From Haliotis rubra (Eukaryota), in assembly GCF_003918875.1 (NCBI RefSeq), contig NW_025767179.1, positions 1,736,001 through 1,800,000 on the forward strand: DNA of 64,000 nt, in the 5' to 3' direction. The notes below the pieces were generated by a model that saw only the letters and a list, made by a program, of their open reading frames with translations, was not told where the DNA came from and did not search any database. The translations under genes were made by a program, and so were the position numbers. Of the stretch, positions 26,835 through 41,299 are shown one piece after another. Numbering within the stretch: position 1 is the first letter of the stretch; every line of letters starts with the position of its first letter.

Positions 26835-26975
26835 ATCACCCAACAGAAATGCCAACGTGGCTGGGTAACCAACAAAAGACGATGTCGCATTGGCCAGTAG
26901 CAAGCTCATTATACAATTCAATAATTTCTAATAAAAGTGGATGTTTACAAGAAAGACTTTTAATAGCCTGATAGT
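26835..26975 (-). mobile_element. I-clade LINE RNase H fragment
   Basis: QAIKSLSCKHPLLLEI...IVFCWLPSHVGISG, the RNase H WIPSHVGI.G motif. Confidence 0.8.
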
Positions 26976-28439
26976 TATCATGCTTGCAAGAGGTTTTTTG
27001 ATGAGACAGTCGGTCGAAATTGAATCGATTAAAAGTATTTCCATTACCATAATTAATCACCAAGTGGTTATGAATCAGTGTCAGATTCGCTGAGTGTATC
27101 CTGCCCGCCGATTCCATCCGCCACAAGCACATGCAAGGGCATGTCAATCATTCACCGAGAAAACGTCATCGATTTAATAGTGGCATGTGGTGTCGGGTTT
27201 TGTTTTTGTTTTTTAGGTGTTGTTGCGTTTTTCATACATCTTTATGAATTTATCTCAATAAAAAAATAGTAGAGACACTTTCACTGGTCTCTTTTACCAA
27301 AACCGTTAATTCGTTCTTTGAAACAAATATTAGGTGTACAGTTGTTGGGCTCAGTAACACCTTTATGTCATTTTTGATATTATACGGTGTTTTGAAACCC
27401 AGTACAAAATCTTAAGACAATTTACTAAAATACATATGCTCGAATTTCATGAATTGTCTGAATTCATTATCAAATCGCGGTTAAACCTGATGGTCATTTA
27501 AACACTAACCTACATGTATAGCACAACAATTTGTCAACATTACGTTGCAGGAAGAACTCTTTGCCCTAACCCATAAATAAACAGCTCTCGTTCCAAACGT
27601 GGACAGAACAGGAATAATGATCTGGTTCGATACTTAATAAGGAAAATAAGGACTTGGGTTTTACGAATATTGATATTAATTGAAATGCATTATTCTGGCT
27701 TTACTGTGGATTGTGTAACTTTGTATAGTGTATCTGACAGTTGTCTTGATAAATAACGTAATTTAAGAAAATGTGTTTCATTTCAGAGAAATAACCTAAC
27801 CTACAAACTATGACTACCACTCACCACCACAACATACTGCAGGGCACATAGTTGTTTGAGAACTGAGAAAAATTACGATGAATTCGAAATTACTAATTAC
27901 CTTATTTTTTTCGCTTTTGCTTTGAGTCAAAGAGGATCGTCCGGACAATTGATGTTAAGCACATATCGGTTTCGCCGTTAATACCTGATAAGGGTATTGT
28001 TGCACGATGTTTTAGCGATTTTTTTAACGTCACTGTGAACAGCAATTCAATATGCCACGGCAAACATTGATACATGGTCCGAACCAGGAGTGGAATCCAT
28101 GAACAACATGAATAATCCAAGTGTGCAGAGATGTTAACGTACCTAATGAAATATCCGGGTTCATCAGAACTACAGTGAGGTTAGATCAAGAGAAGCTCAA
28201 ACTCCCCAAGCATAGTCACACCCATGATGAAAGCCAAACAGGTAGTTTGTGGCTGACCATATACAATGTAAATTTTAAACACTCCACGTCTCAGACAGTG
28301 ATCACAGAGTAACTGTTTTCACCACATTTATCATTACCATTGCCCGTGTTTCCCTGTCCGTAATTTTCGTGGATAAATACACCCGTCTGTCAACATGTAC
28401 CATGCTGTTACACGTGCAGACCCGTGAGTCATGCCTTCG

Positions 28440-28760
28440 GAGCGAAATAACAATCATAGGATCCTGGCACAAGTAGGGGTCGCAAATCTGCACTGCGATA
28501 ACTTAACACTTAACAGTGTACATCCGAAGGCTATGGGCTAATAATGAGTATTTATTGCTCTGCGTTTAGGCAAATAGAACAGAATGTGTTTACAATCAGA
28601 GAAAATTGGCACAAGCAGGCGAAATGACAATCAGAGGATCCTGGCACAAACATGGAACGCATATCTGCACTTGGCACTTGACAGTGTACATCCAAAGACT
28701 ATGGGCTAATAATGAGTATTTATTGCTCTGCATTTAGATAAATAGAACACAATGTCTTTA
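28440..28760. repeat. Local direct duplication, about 175 bp x2
   Basis: GCGAAATAACAATCATAGGATCCTGGCACAA...AATAGAAC at 28442 is repeated at 28618. Confidence 0.8.
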
Positions 28761-29129
28761 CGTTTGTAGGCTGCCTTATGCATATAGACGTATGTGTATA
28801 TCCAGTTCCCCGAGTATTCATTTATTCATTTCTCGTTATTGTCTTACAATGCGACGATAATGGGAAATGGAAGGCTGTCAACTTCGCTGAGAGTCAAGAC
28901 TGATTTCGTTGATCCTTATTCACTAAACCTGGCTCTGTTGCTGCTGATCCCAGTGCAAACGTCAATCCTAATACCATGTCAAATGTTTGACAGAGGAATC
29001 TGTTTCTTGTTTGACTAGTTAAGAATGTTTGACAAGCTAAGAATCGATTAATCTTTTGAGTGCTTTTGACCACGTAGCTCCACGTTCGTTCTATCTTCAT
29101 TGCGTTTGTTCACTGTACAAATATCTATA

Positions 29130-29490
29130 CCGCTTGTGTCTTTACCATAAGAAGTCCCCAAGGTCCCTATGTATAGTGATCTACCTTCCCTTGTTAGCGA
29201 CCTATGGGCTGTTTTTATATTGTATTGTCTTCGTAAATAAAAAAGTTTTAAATTCACATGCTAGTTGTGATACTCCAATTATTTTACAGTCCTTCGATGA
29301 CTGGTTATTTAACAGTTTATATTTATTGTGTATGCAAAACCCTTTCTCGTCACTATATCATGGCTGAAATATTGCCGAGGTGACTTCATATTTTAACTCA
29401 CTCACTATGAAATTATAACTTGTTTTTAGTCACGATGTGGCTGAAATATTGCCCATGTCACTAAACATCTTAACTCACTCACTCACTTTA
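29130..29490 (+). mobile_element. I-clade LINE 3'UTR fragment(s)
   Basis: GTCCCCA..GTCCCTA...GATCTACCTTC motif and GGCTGAAATATTGCC...ACTCACTC tail (twice). Confidence 0.6.
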
Positions 29491-29554
29491 CCGTTAGGAA
29501 AAGGCTCTTGAAACAAACGATTCAATCTTTTCTTCCTATCTGGACGTATATCAC

Positions 29555-31055
29555 CAACAGTTCGCTAAGCCAAGGTGTAATGCCTGATCAACTGAAGACA
29601 GCAATTATCACTCCCCCCCCATAAAGAAGAAGAATCTCGATCAAGAATTGTTAAAAAACTACAGACCAATATCCAATTTGACATTCTTTTATAAGCTGAT
29701 TGAGCGCATTGTTGCTTCTCAATTCAGAGACCATATGAGCAGAAACAGCTTCTATGAAGAGTGCCAGTCTGCCTACCGATCCTTCCACAGCACGGAAACT
29801 GCGTTGCTGAAGGTTCAGAACGACATCCTAAGAGGCATAGACACCGATGGAGCGGTCATTCTTGTATTGCTGGATCTCTCAGCTGCTTTTGACACTGTTG
29901 ACCATTCTGTGCTACTCTCTACCCTTGAAAACAGGTTCAGTGTCAAAGATCTTGCATTAAGGTGGTTTGTCTCCTACTTAACAGACCGGAGGCAGGCAGT
30001 TGTCATCCAGGGTGAAAGGTCAGAGGCAACGTACTTGGAGTTTGGAGTGCCTCAGGGCTCCGTCCTAGGCCCCCTACTTTTTACATCTCCCCCTCGGTGA
30101 TATTGTAAGGTCCTACAACTTAAGTATGCACCTCTATGCTGATGACACGCAAATCTACTTATCCTTCAAGCCATCTGACGCATCTTCAACCAAGTTCTCC
30201 TTTTCAAGAGTAGAAGAATGTGTTGATTGTATCAATAGTTGGATGTCATCGAACTATCTTAAATTAAATGATGATAAAACTGAGGTCATTGTGTTCCACC
30301 CTCTTCGACTTCAGAGAAAGCTTCTGCTTCCACAGTTTTGCATCAGTGAATCTGCAATAAAAATGCGCCCACATGTTCGCAATCTTGGTGTAATCTTTGA
30401 CTCTGCCCTCAGCATGGAAGCCCATGTTGCTGTTGCCAATGTTATTTCCATCTGCGCAACATTGGTTTGATCCGTCGATACCTGGATGTGAAATCTGCAC
30501 AAGCTCTAGTTCAAGCATATGTAACATCCCGCTTGGATTATTGTAACTCTTTGCTGTCTGGTGTGCCAAAACAAGTCCTCTACAGGCTACAGAAGGCACA
30601 AAATTCAGCCGCACGATTGATCTGTCAAAGTAAAAGGACTGAACACATCTCTCCTGCCCTCAAAACTCTACATTGGCCCCCAATTCGCTTCAAAATCGAC
30701 TAAAAAATCCTGCTCCTTGTTTTCAAGTGTCTAAACGGTCTAGCTCCAAAATACCTCTCGGATCTCCTTACACCATATCACCCAACTAGATCACTCCGCT
30801 CAAGGGACCAGTCTCTCCTTGAAATACCACAAACTAGAACTAAGTCATATGGGGACAGGTCTTTCTCTAGAGCAGGACCCTTCCTATGGAACAATTTACC
30901 ATCCAACCGTCGTTCCGAAACAGAACTGTCAAATTTTAAAAGTGGACTCAAGACGCACCTATTCACCTCTGCACATGGATAAAGTGGACTCAGATAAGCG
31001 CTTTTGAGCAATTACATTGATAAAAAGCGCTTTACAAATATTTGTATGTATGTAT
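29555..31055 (+). mobile_element. L2/CR1-clade LINE, 5'-truncated
   Basis: NYRPISNL, LLDLSAAFDTVDH, GVPQGSVLGP, YADDTQ, SRLDYCN, LHWPP. 3' hairpin AAGCGCTTTTGAG...AAGCGCTTTACAAAT and (TGTA)n tail. Confidence 0.95.
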
Positions 31056-31322
31056 TAACTATGCAGGTTTAGAGTACAGGATTTGCCAATGTTGTTCCCT
31101 GGCGGTCTGAACGTATATAATGTCGAGCTGAAGCATCATGACGGATGATAAAATGAACGGTTATCTCTTTCTACATTTATGTGAGAAAGCAGTTACGAAT
31201 AAGTACCCACCAACAACAGTGAGAGAGCGACTCAATGTCATGCCACACATCAAGGCGTTAGTGATGAACTTGACGTTGTCTTGGCACTCCAAATTCTTAT
31301 GTATACTTAATATACAGCGCAG

Positions 31323-31935
31323 AGTGAGTGAGTTAAAATGTATAGTCACATCGGCGATATTTCAGCCATATTGTGACTTAAAAAGTTATACATTAACAAT
31401 AAACACAATTACAATATAAAACACCTGTCAACGAAGGACACTAAAATAACTAGATTATCACAGGAATAAATTTAAAATATTTTATCTATTAATGACAATA
31501 CAATATAAAAACGTTGGCTATAGATTGCCAACAACTGAAGGTAGATCACCATACTAGGGACCATGGGGACTTACAGTACATTTTCTTCCTGCATGGGCCC
31601 TAGCTGGATTTACATCAACCCCTCAGCTGTTAGCAATTTACATATATCTAGCCATACATTAAAATTACACATATTCTCCGATTAAAAAACGGAAAGTTGA
31701 AATTTACTTTGAATGTTTGGGGACTTACATACCCTCTCAGGATACAGCCTCGAGGATACAGCCACTAACAATCTGAGTTACTAATTCAAACTTCCAATCA
31801 TAAGATATTTAGCTATTTACAAATCATTTAACAAATCTAATTCTTTTAAAAATGCAATAATTAAATGAGAACTGATATTATTAAAATGATCCTTCATAGT
31901 TCGTGATTAAAAATAGTCATCCCTTGTGATGGAAC
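31323..31935 (-). mobile_element. I-clade LINE 3' end
   Basis: Reverse complement of the 3'UTR/tail seen at 44520-44780; interrupts the sequence contiguous at about 17695 in copy A. Confidence 0.75.
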
Positions 31936-34129
31936 AGCGCACAAGAAGCTGTTTTACTACTGAACAATCAAATTTCAGCACGAACTTCATGTGGAGGAAC
32001 CTATGGACGCAGTGATGCTATATGATCATTACGTACCACCACTCCAGGGGTACCTGAATTTAATAGATGATATAATACCGTACGTCGAATGCGTCAGGTG
32101 CAGATTTGCAGCAACAAAGACGAACGTTTTTTACGACTGAAGGTGTGTTCCTTTAGCGAATGGCCTAGTAGTGCTTGACAGAAATCACCTGGCAAGCTTC
32201 GACACCGCATGTTTTTGTCAATGTTTCCCTTTTCGGAAGTTAGCTTATGGTAATCGCGTCATGTCTGAACAATACTTATGTGCAAGTGAAGCACCTCCGA
32301 GATAATATGTTATAGCGGAGCGAAACACGTGTGAGGTCTCTTGGCTTCTGAACGCAGTTAACATTACGAGAATAATTAAGCTTTGCACTTTTACTACAAT
32401 AAGAAACACATCGTGGTAACGAATTCATTTAGATGACTGTTGCTCTCAGAGGTGTAACTATGAACACTCCCACCAAGGTTATACTCTGATTGAAAACGAT
32501 CTCCAAGTACGTTACGTATTATCTGGGTGCTGTAGACGTCTGTGTTAGCACGTCAATGGGTTCTGGTACCATTTATTCCGCTTCTTGACACGCAGTGGGG
32601 TTTTATACTAACAGCCTCTAAAATATCCAGTATACATTTGGGGTCAATAATATCAATATTTTACAAGATATGCTGTCAAGTTGTCAGCATTTGTAACGCT
32701 GTAACGCTGTCCTAGCCAAAGTTCCATGCTTGTTTATATATTCATACCATTTGGTCATCTCCACATGTATTTTACGGAATTCGTATTTGAATTGTTCAGA
32801 TGATTATTACATTGGATTGCTTGAACTGACGGTAGTCGGGGCTCTCGATAATCTACTTAATTGTTTATTCATTTTGTACCTTATTTCTAATCATCTTATG
32901 GAATCGAAAATAACCCCGCAGCATTTGTTTGTCCCTCACACTGGTGGCGTACTGTTCCATGTATCCAGTGATCTTATAACGTTTTATGAGGCATAAATAA
33001 TGTTTACAGTCACCATCTGCTTAACACAAAACCATATCGCAATTTTGTTTGTTTTGTTTTTCTTCGTTTAATTGTTTAAAAAGGCAAACGAACACATATT
33101 AATTCAAATTGTTCGATTACGTTTGAAAGGTGGTAGCTGGCCGCTGATCAGTCGATATGTGCTATTTACTCTTCACTCATGTAGTATAACTACCACTCTA
33201 CTCCAATGCTGGCCGATTAAGCCAAGTGGTTTCGAATGTTGTATCTCCCTGAGGCTTGCCTCCAAGAAAGCATGCATCTGTTTGTTACAGACGTGGTTTA
33301 ATCATGTTGATTTAGGGCATCAGGAGCGTTGGTAATGCGACTCTTACCACGTATAGCACATCTAGATGGACATGCACGGTAATTAGCCTGTTTCGTGTGA
33401 TGTATGTGACAGTCAAGATGCAAAGATTCAGCATGCGCCAGTACGGCCAGGACAATTGGTGTGAGTCATCTTTTTTTCATCACACCCAACAGAGTATTTA
33501 TTTTGCCTGATTCAAATGGATGTTCCCTTATCAATTGTGACCTTCGAGCGATTGGGTCACACTGACCTGACTTAGAAATGTATCAGGCAGACAGTTAAAT
33601 GAGTCTGCCAATGCAGGCCGAGGAAACAGTCCACTGGACCTCCCTTTGGTCACCTATTTAAAAAATCCATCTTTGAATGCTTTATTTAGACCTTGCCGAG
33701 GCCATTCAGACTACTTTTGACGAAACAACGAATGGCGCTCTTTAAAAAAAATAGTATTGAATAGTTTGCAAAGTTTTGGTAAAACAATAGGTTTGTTAAG
33801 TGAATATAGGCAAGCACTTAGACCATATCTAACCACACTGTGGGGAACAAGGACATTGCTATTTGACATCTTATAACTCAACTGGGAAGAATCGAAAACG
33901 AAGTTTCTATAACCTGATGTTTATGCTGTCTTCTGATATAATGACACGTATATTTATTAAGGTTAAGCACAATCTAGCTTTGTGCAAGTAGTGTTTAATC
34001 GTATTGTTTTACGTGGCTTTCCTAGTGTGCGAGAAAATTTACGTCTTTCAAAGGTAATTAATTATGCCACAAAAAAATTAGAAACAAAACTAATACGAAT
34101 CTAGGATTGGAAACCGGGATTGTCGACGA

Positions 34130-34990
34130 ACTGTTTAAAATGTTACACATGTTCTTGGTATACACGGATTACGCAAAAAACACCCCCAAAAGCAACGAGT
34201 ACAACACCTGAAAAAAATCTTGGGGACGGAAACAAAATGGAGGACATGGGCAAAATGAACGCTGAACTGAATAAACTTTCCGACAGATTATCTGTGAGAA
34301 TGGGCATTTTACAGGTACAAGCTGAAAATAACTTTCAATTCAAAATCAATTGACAAGAACAGATAGAGGCATTGAAATCAGACATGCGTGAATTGAGAGC
34401 CGAAATGCAAAAAAAAGACTTACAACATGAGATGTACTCGCAAAGCAAAACCCTCTCGCATCTGGCATCCCCGATAATCAAGGCTCTGAATCTGAAGTTA
34501 GGAGACTATTCGCCGATATGAATGGTGAAAATGTGGAAAAGATGGACTTGCATCGTATTCCAAGATTCTCAACGACAGGACGGTGAGGGCAGATGTCCCT
34601 ACCAATTATAATCAAATTCATCCGCATGGCCGACCGACGGAAAGTATTTACCTCAATTGGTAACAACAGACAGATGCTCTTGGAAAAGCGTACCTCGATA
34701 CGTACTGACCTGCCTGTGATATTAAAGGAGTTCCGAGGAAAACTCACAACGCGTACTTTCGAGTTGCGTAGAGTTCACCATGTACAGACAAAAATCTTCG
34801 AGAAGGGTGTCCACTTAAAAATTGTGCTACAGGCACAATAAAAACTGCCAATGGAAGGAAATCGGACTGAAAGAACCACTCACGGTGGAATAACATCACG
34901 GTGTCTTATTTGACTGGGACGAAGTTAATGTGTCAAACGAGTAGATTGATATACGCAGATGTATCGTCTTGGTAAGTGGTGTGTAACTTC
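34130..34990 (+). mobile_element. LINE ORF1-like fragment (L1/CR1 type)
   Basis: Coiled-coil-like region followed by PIIIKFIRMADRRKVF..IRTDLP. Confidence 0.55.
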
Positions 34991-34999
34991 TTGATAAGT

Positions 35000-36675
35000 G
35001 GTGTGTGATTAATGGGACTGTCAGTAGAAACATCAGCTTTGCAGAAGCAAAAAAACTTGTACAAACTCCAGAATTGACGGAAACATATGCGTCAATTACC
35101 AGAACCCTTTCTGATACAAACCCCAAACTAACAAAAGTCATAACGGCTTCAATTATATGCCAGACAGACTTGACATGGGTGAAAACGGATGCTCCTGAGA
35201 GATTTTCACCAGAACAATCCACGCAAACAGCTGCAATAATTCCAACCACATCTCAAATCCAGTCTGAATCAGTGGGCAATGACGATTCAGCTGTAGCACA
35301 CGAGAAATCATCGTCTCAATCATGTATAAATATCAAGCAAGTCAGTAAAAGTAAAGGTAAACCAAGACCAGAATCTTCGATAAAACATCAAAGTGGTAGA
35401 GTATCAAAGGGATCAGATAATCAAATTAAACTCTATAATAAATATGGTTCACTTGAGGATATGGAAGTGTCCGAAAACTTACATCCAAGGGCACATAGCT
35501 TGTCGCCCACGAAAAAAGGGCGGGGTAGGTCCCCAATCATTCCCCAAAAGATAGGTTATTCTAATAAAATAATACAGTGGAATTGTAGAGGGCTCAAGAC
35601 AAATTTCAATGAAATACATTTATTAGTACAGGACTTTACACCGTCAGTATTCTGTCTGCAGGAAACTTATCTAAAACAGACAGACAAACTTGAATTACGT
35701 CAATTCAGTGGATATCACTGTTTTTTTCCTGCAGGTGAGAGAGCCACTGGAGGATCATCAATCCTTGTTCGCCAGAATATTATCCATAGCCCTGTCAGAC
35801 TTAATACTAATCTCCAAGCCGTTGCAGTGCGACTTACTTTACATGTTACTTTTACATTATGTTCTCTATATATTCCGCCGTCTTCAACACTTGTAACGGC
35901 TGATCTTCAATATCTCTACGACAAACTCCCAAAACCCTGTATTATAATGGATGATATGAATGGCCACAATCCCACTCTGGGGTGGTACACACACTAACAC
36001 TAAAGGTAGACTACTTGAAGATTTTATCTCTAATAATGACCTATGTATATTTAACGACGACTCAAGCACTTATCTGCATCCTGCAACCGGCACCTACTCT
36101 TCACTGGATTTGTCTCTTATAGACTCTAACCTCCTCAATGAATTTGATTGGTCAGTCCACAATGACCTCTGTGGAAGTGACCACTTTCCAACGATATTGT
36201 AAGAAATTTATCCTTCTGATTCTCCATCTTACACAAGATGGAATTTTCCCAAGGCAGACTGGTCCTTATTTCAAAATTTATGCACAATTAAATTACGACC
36301 TGAATATTTCCGTGATATAGCTGATATTATTCAGGTATTTTCTGACGTTTTACATGAAATAGCTGATGAGTGTATACCAAAGTCCTCTACAAGTCCACAT
36401 GTACGGAAACCGTGGTTTAATTCAGATTGTAAGCAAGCCAGAAAAGCGAGGAAAAAGGCAGAGAATTATTTCCGCCATCACCCAACTGTCCACAATTTAA
36501 ATAAATATAAAATACTCAATGCGAAGGCACGTCGTACCTTTAAACAAAACAAACGGCAATCTTGGAGGAACTATGTCTCCAAAGTTAATTCACGTACGCC
36601 TATGTCTAAGGAATGGAACATGGTTCAAAGAATTAACGGCAAAGCTTCAACATCTGCGTTTCACCATCTTAAATT
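35000..36675 (+). mobile_element. I-clade LINE fragment (ORF1 end plus APE of ORF2), same family group as 1025-3680
   Basis: ISFAEAKK, CQTDLTWV, IIQWNCRGL, FCLQETYL, DLCGSDHFP, RKPWFN. Confidence 0.92.
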
Positions 36676-36689
36676 CTGCACACCTCAGT

Positions 36690-37270
36690 TCGGCGTTAAA
36701 CCGACAATCCTATCATATGTTGGACCGAGGAGTTTCTGATTTGTCTAGCCAAGATTGACTGGTACATCGGGTGCTCTGAAACATCTGAACAACAGGATCT
36801 TAGGGACGTAGAGCCCCATTCGTCCTCTCGCCACTGTATTCGTTCACTCATCTAGCATAGCATCTATACCACCAGTTTCGTACGTCCAGAACTATTTCCA
36901 CTGTGTTGATTTAGAGCATATTTGCTAGTATTGGCCACCCAAACGCAATACGTCGTCGATGTAAGGCATATTGTGGGACAATGTAATTAGTCTTGAAGTG
37001 CATTGATTTGGCTGTCAAGAAGTGCACACTATCACTAAGCCCATCCGGTTTTCAGGTTCTCCGATTTAATGCAATACATGCCTCAGGAGCCAATCCATGT
37101 GGGTTTCTATTCATTTGTCTTTTGTTCATTGTTTATTTTATATTTATGTTTTGTTTGTTGAAGGTATGTCACCACCATATTGTCATTTTGATTCAAACGT
37201 CATTTCTCACATTAAACATGGGGAGTGGGCAACATGCCGCCACACATTGAATGGTATGTCGATAGAGGGT
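36690..37270 (-). pseudogene. Penelope-like RT relic with intact YIDD
   Basis: TAC ATC GAC GAC GTA TTG (YIDDVL) at 36946-36963, preceded by a DGL-like motif and followed by LNQH. Confidence 0.65.
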
Positions 37271-38824
37271 GATCGATTACACAACAGGATAACAGAAAGA
37301 CTGATTTACGTCTTATCAGAACCACTGCACTATTTCATCATACCACCTGAAACGCAATGACAGAGAGATCCAATGCAACTGCAGCACAAACCAATTCGTG
37401 ATGTGTGAGTGAGTGAATTTAGTTTTACGCCGCACTCAGCAATATTCGTGATATGTAAATCTTAGTCATACACAGTGGGTAACCAGTTGGAAACAAGTTT
37501 AAATCTTCCGCGGAATAGACATTTCACTTATCACTTGAATCTAAGATCAAGGAAAATTTCACATTCCACTAATAATTGAATTAAGACACACACGTTCAGC
37601 TGACAGCATAGATGAAAGCAACAATGTCTTTATAGGTTACTAGGTTAAATCAGATGTTTGAGGATAAAACGTGTATTGCCTTGATAATCAGCTGCATCGT
37701 AATACCTCAGTGATTTAATCAACGACCACAGTTGTATTTATATAAGGAATATATTCATAAAAATAATGGTAAATGCGATTTTGCCGTGGATGCCTTTGGT
37801 ATCTATAAACTGTACTGTCTTAGTTCTTAAAAGCTCCAGTCAGTTATAATGTTTTATAGTCTACAAATTCCAAACATGGAACACAATTGTGACATGAGGT
37901 GAGCGTGCTTTGGCTATGTTGGTAAATTTGGAGCGAGGAAACTTAACGTAAGGCGTAGTTAGAAGAACTGTGTGAGAATTTAAGGGGGAAGAGTGAGTGC
38001 CCTAAGGTTTGAACTGATGTCACAGAATGATCCAAGTTATATAATAAATGTAATAAAACTAGTTTGAATAAATAATATCAATGACAAATATGACTTTATT
38101 TCTACCTGTATGCTGATTAAAAGGATCCTCTTGTATTGATGGATACGTTCATGATATTCTGCACGAGACAGGTAGACATAAATTAACAGACGTTATCAAC
38201 GATGATCGCCTGTTATATGTAGGTTGATTTTGTCACTGGATTGTATTTGTTGATCTGAAGCAATGTCTGAGGCACATGCAGTTAGTATATTGCACGTCGG
38301 TGTATCCCATCGTGTCTCAATCAGCTCATGCTGTCAATCACTTGCTTATCTGGCCAACGAATATGGACAGGCCTGTGTCATATAATTCGAACACTGTTAA
38401 GAGCAGCGCGGCATTAAACAAGCATACACTCCCCGTAGAGCCTGAATGATCTCTTATCTTTTGTACTGCATACATTGTGTAAATGTAGATCAGAGTGTAT
38501 GTCGAGGGCATAAGTGCAGGACCTTCTCAGGCGCAACAGTTCGAACTGTTATGACTGACAGTAAGCTAATCACTTTGCACTGAAAGACAGAAATCACATG
38601 GGGTTGCATGATTTCCTCCATCTTTCCCTTCTCGAAACCATTTTCTGCTAATCACGTCACATCTGAACCTTTATGTGAATGGTAATGAAGTGAGCCAATT
38701 TGTTACCTGAATAGCTCACAGAAACATGTGTGAGGTCTCGGCGGTTTCTGAAAACACTTATAATGCATGAATATTGCAACATTGCAAACAGAGGAGATAG
38801 TGATGGTCGTTACTTCCAATCATC

Positions 38825-38925
38825 CGCACCTGCCAGCTGTATATAGTTTTAACTTGAGCTCAGGAAGCGCTTTGAGCATAACCCTGTGACGTGGAAAGGC
38901 GCTATATAAATGGCCTATTATTATT
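38825..38925 (+). mobile_element. L2-type 3' end fragment
   Basis: AAGCGCTTTGAG...GGAAAGGCGCTATATAAAT followed by (ATT)n. Confidence 0.6.
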
Positions 38926-39665
38926 AGGGCTCCTTGCCTCTAGGCAGGAGACCTATTGTAATCGTTCGGATTATTATTATTATTATTTATTATTCCGCCG
39001 ATTTTTGTACCAAACATAACTCCTAAACCAATGCTCCGAATCGCTTACAAAAAATCACACAGATGCGCATCGAGGTGTAGATATTCCCCTTAAAAATCTC
39101 TAGGCTCTTGGCCCAATAGCAAAGGGGTGATAATTCAAAATTAATTCCAAAATTTCAACGTTTGACAGCAAATATCTCAAGAACTAATTGTTCCAACACC
39201 TCCAAAGTTCTTGTACAGATGCACAATCGAATTCCCAACAATTTTGCCTGGACGGGTCAAGTCGCTAAAACGTACCGTTTGGCAGTTATTTATGTTTTCA
39301 GTTTTTGGCCATGTTTTTCAGCACTTTTCTGAGTAGTTTGCTCCCAAAAGGTGCAAATTCTGCACAAAAAGTGCCAGTATGGTAGATGATGTCCTGGTGA
39401 TTCCAGAACACTAGTACTAATTGTTTTGAACGTAGACCCAAGAACAACTGAGATTCAGCCTTTTAAAGAAGGAACTATTTCTTCTCCGGAACTTCTTAAA
39501 AGGTACATGACCCCCGTGACCCCGGCTGTATTTGGAAGATCCGCTCGCCTGTCAAATCATGTGTTCTGGCTCCGTTTTGGACGATGATCTCTAGACCTCA
39601 GATACAATAGATAGAAAGTAAAGCCAAGGAGACCTCATCGTTGCCTGCAACTATATTTATTATTA
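38926..39665 (+). mobile_element. Non-autonomous Helentron-associated (HINE/DINE-like) element
   Basis: Subterminal TAGGGCTCC..GGAGACCTA hairpin, (ATT)n microsatellite, terminal GTTGCCTGCAAC hairpin, inserted in an ATT run, absent from copy A. Confidence 0.55.
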
Positions 39666-41299
39666 TTATTTCCAGCTAGTGTGTCAGTGAAGAGAATGCC
39701 ATTCCAGGAGGAAGATTAGAAAGATATCATGGAGGTTTTTCGTTGATCGTATTTTTTGCAGAGGCTGCATTGCAAACACGACACACAGAAGAGTGGTTCG
39801 TGTACTCTCTGGTGGCAAAGCTTGTCGAAACTAGTTGGTAGAAATGATCTACATGTTGTCATGCTGTCAGTATTTGTTCGCTGTTTAATACATCAGTTTG
39901 TCATAGTTCACACTTATTACCTTATTGCTAAAATATCGTATCTGTATGCAGTTCGAGAACTTCATTTTGGGTCTAGACGTATTAGTTTCACTTGTTCAAG
40001 TCATTCTTACACTGGTTCCATTATCTGATGGCAGCCGTGGCGTCAGAGGATATATATTTTTTAATATTGTGTATCTAATTTCTGTTTCTGTTCAGATGAA
40101 AGTGATTCCGAAGAATTCGATTGGCTAACTTAGAGTTTCATGATTTGAGGCGTGAGCACTGATTTCAATATGTACATACTTCGCATGGCAGGGATTTTAT
40201 TTCACGTTTTATACGTCTCTACATCCATAAATATTTAAAAGTCAAATTCATATTTGTCAGAGAAGATTGTCCAGTTGTTTACTGAGGTATCGGTCACACA
40301 CTTTGTGAAAAGCGGATTTGCACATTGTTTTGAACATTTATACCTCCATCAACACGGAAATGTCGATCATAACAGATTGTCGAGTTATTTTCTGGTGAAT
40401 CAGTTGCAATACGGCTTACTGTGAAAGCATGCAATATACTCACGCCGTTAGTCTACTGATAACCCAATAAGCCAAGTGGATTTGAATGGTGCATTCGGAT
40501 GTCTCCTTGAGGTTTGCATCTTGGACAGGGTGCATCCACATACAATGTATCATTGTCGTGTTTTGATGATGGTGACTGTCCATCGTTGACTCGTGTTTAT
40601 AATTTACTTTTAATCACTATACATCTATAACTTGATTTAGACGCGATTTGGCTGAAAAATTGCCGATGTGACTTAAAATTTTAACTCACTCACTGACTTT
40701 GATGATGATGATGATGTAGATAATCAGGAATGCTGGTACTTGCACTACATACAGCACAGCTAACGCGACATGTATGGTAATTAGCCTGTTTCTAGTGACG
40801 TGGGTAACGATGAAGCCGCACAGATTCAGCACACACCGTGGCGTCCAGTTTGCGCAACCCTTTTTTGCACCACTGCCAATAATCTGTCCATCTGGGCACA
40901 TTTCTGTACAGACAATGGGCCTGATCAAATAGATGAACCCTTGAAGTAGAACCTATACCTTCGACCTATCGGGTGACACAGACCAGGCGTAGATCGTTTG
41001 GAAATCAAGCAAGCAAGCAAACGGTTCAATGAGCCCATTTAGAGCATGCAGTGATGTAAGTTTGTTGACAAAACGCTAATTATCTCTTACGTTGAAATAG
41101 AAGTACAGAATGTGAGTATAGAAGATACATCCTGTCGGTTGTCATTATATCGTGTGTGTATACAGCTATTCATAATCACGTCGGCTTATTCAGAATTTAT
41201 TTTGGTCGGTGAGCGAAACATAATAGGCCGCCCTCAAGTCATTGGTGGCGATTTGCACAAAATTTAAATCATTTCGTTTTAAATTAATAAAATATAAAA

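Larger units (their letters stand above)
24440..40250. repeat. Segmental tandem duplication, copy B (expanded by later TE insertions)
   Basis: Same anchors. Copy-specific L2, I-clade, ORF1, HINE-like and SINE insertions. Confidence 0.9.

Noticed and set aside
35005-35997. 330-aa ORF as a host gene or ORF1-ORF2 fusion
   Set aside because: It is a decayed I-clade LINE junction, with frameshifts and stops just downstream.
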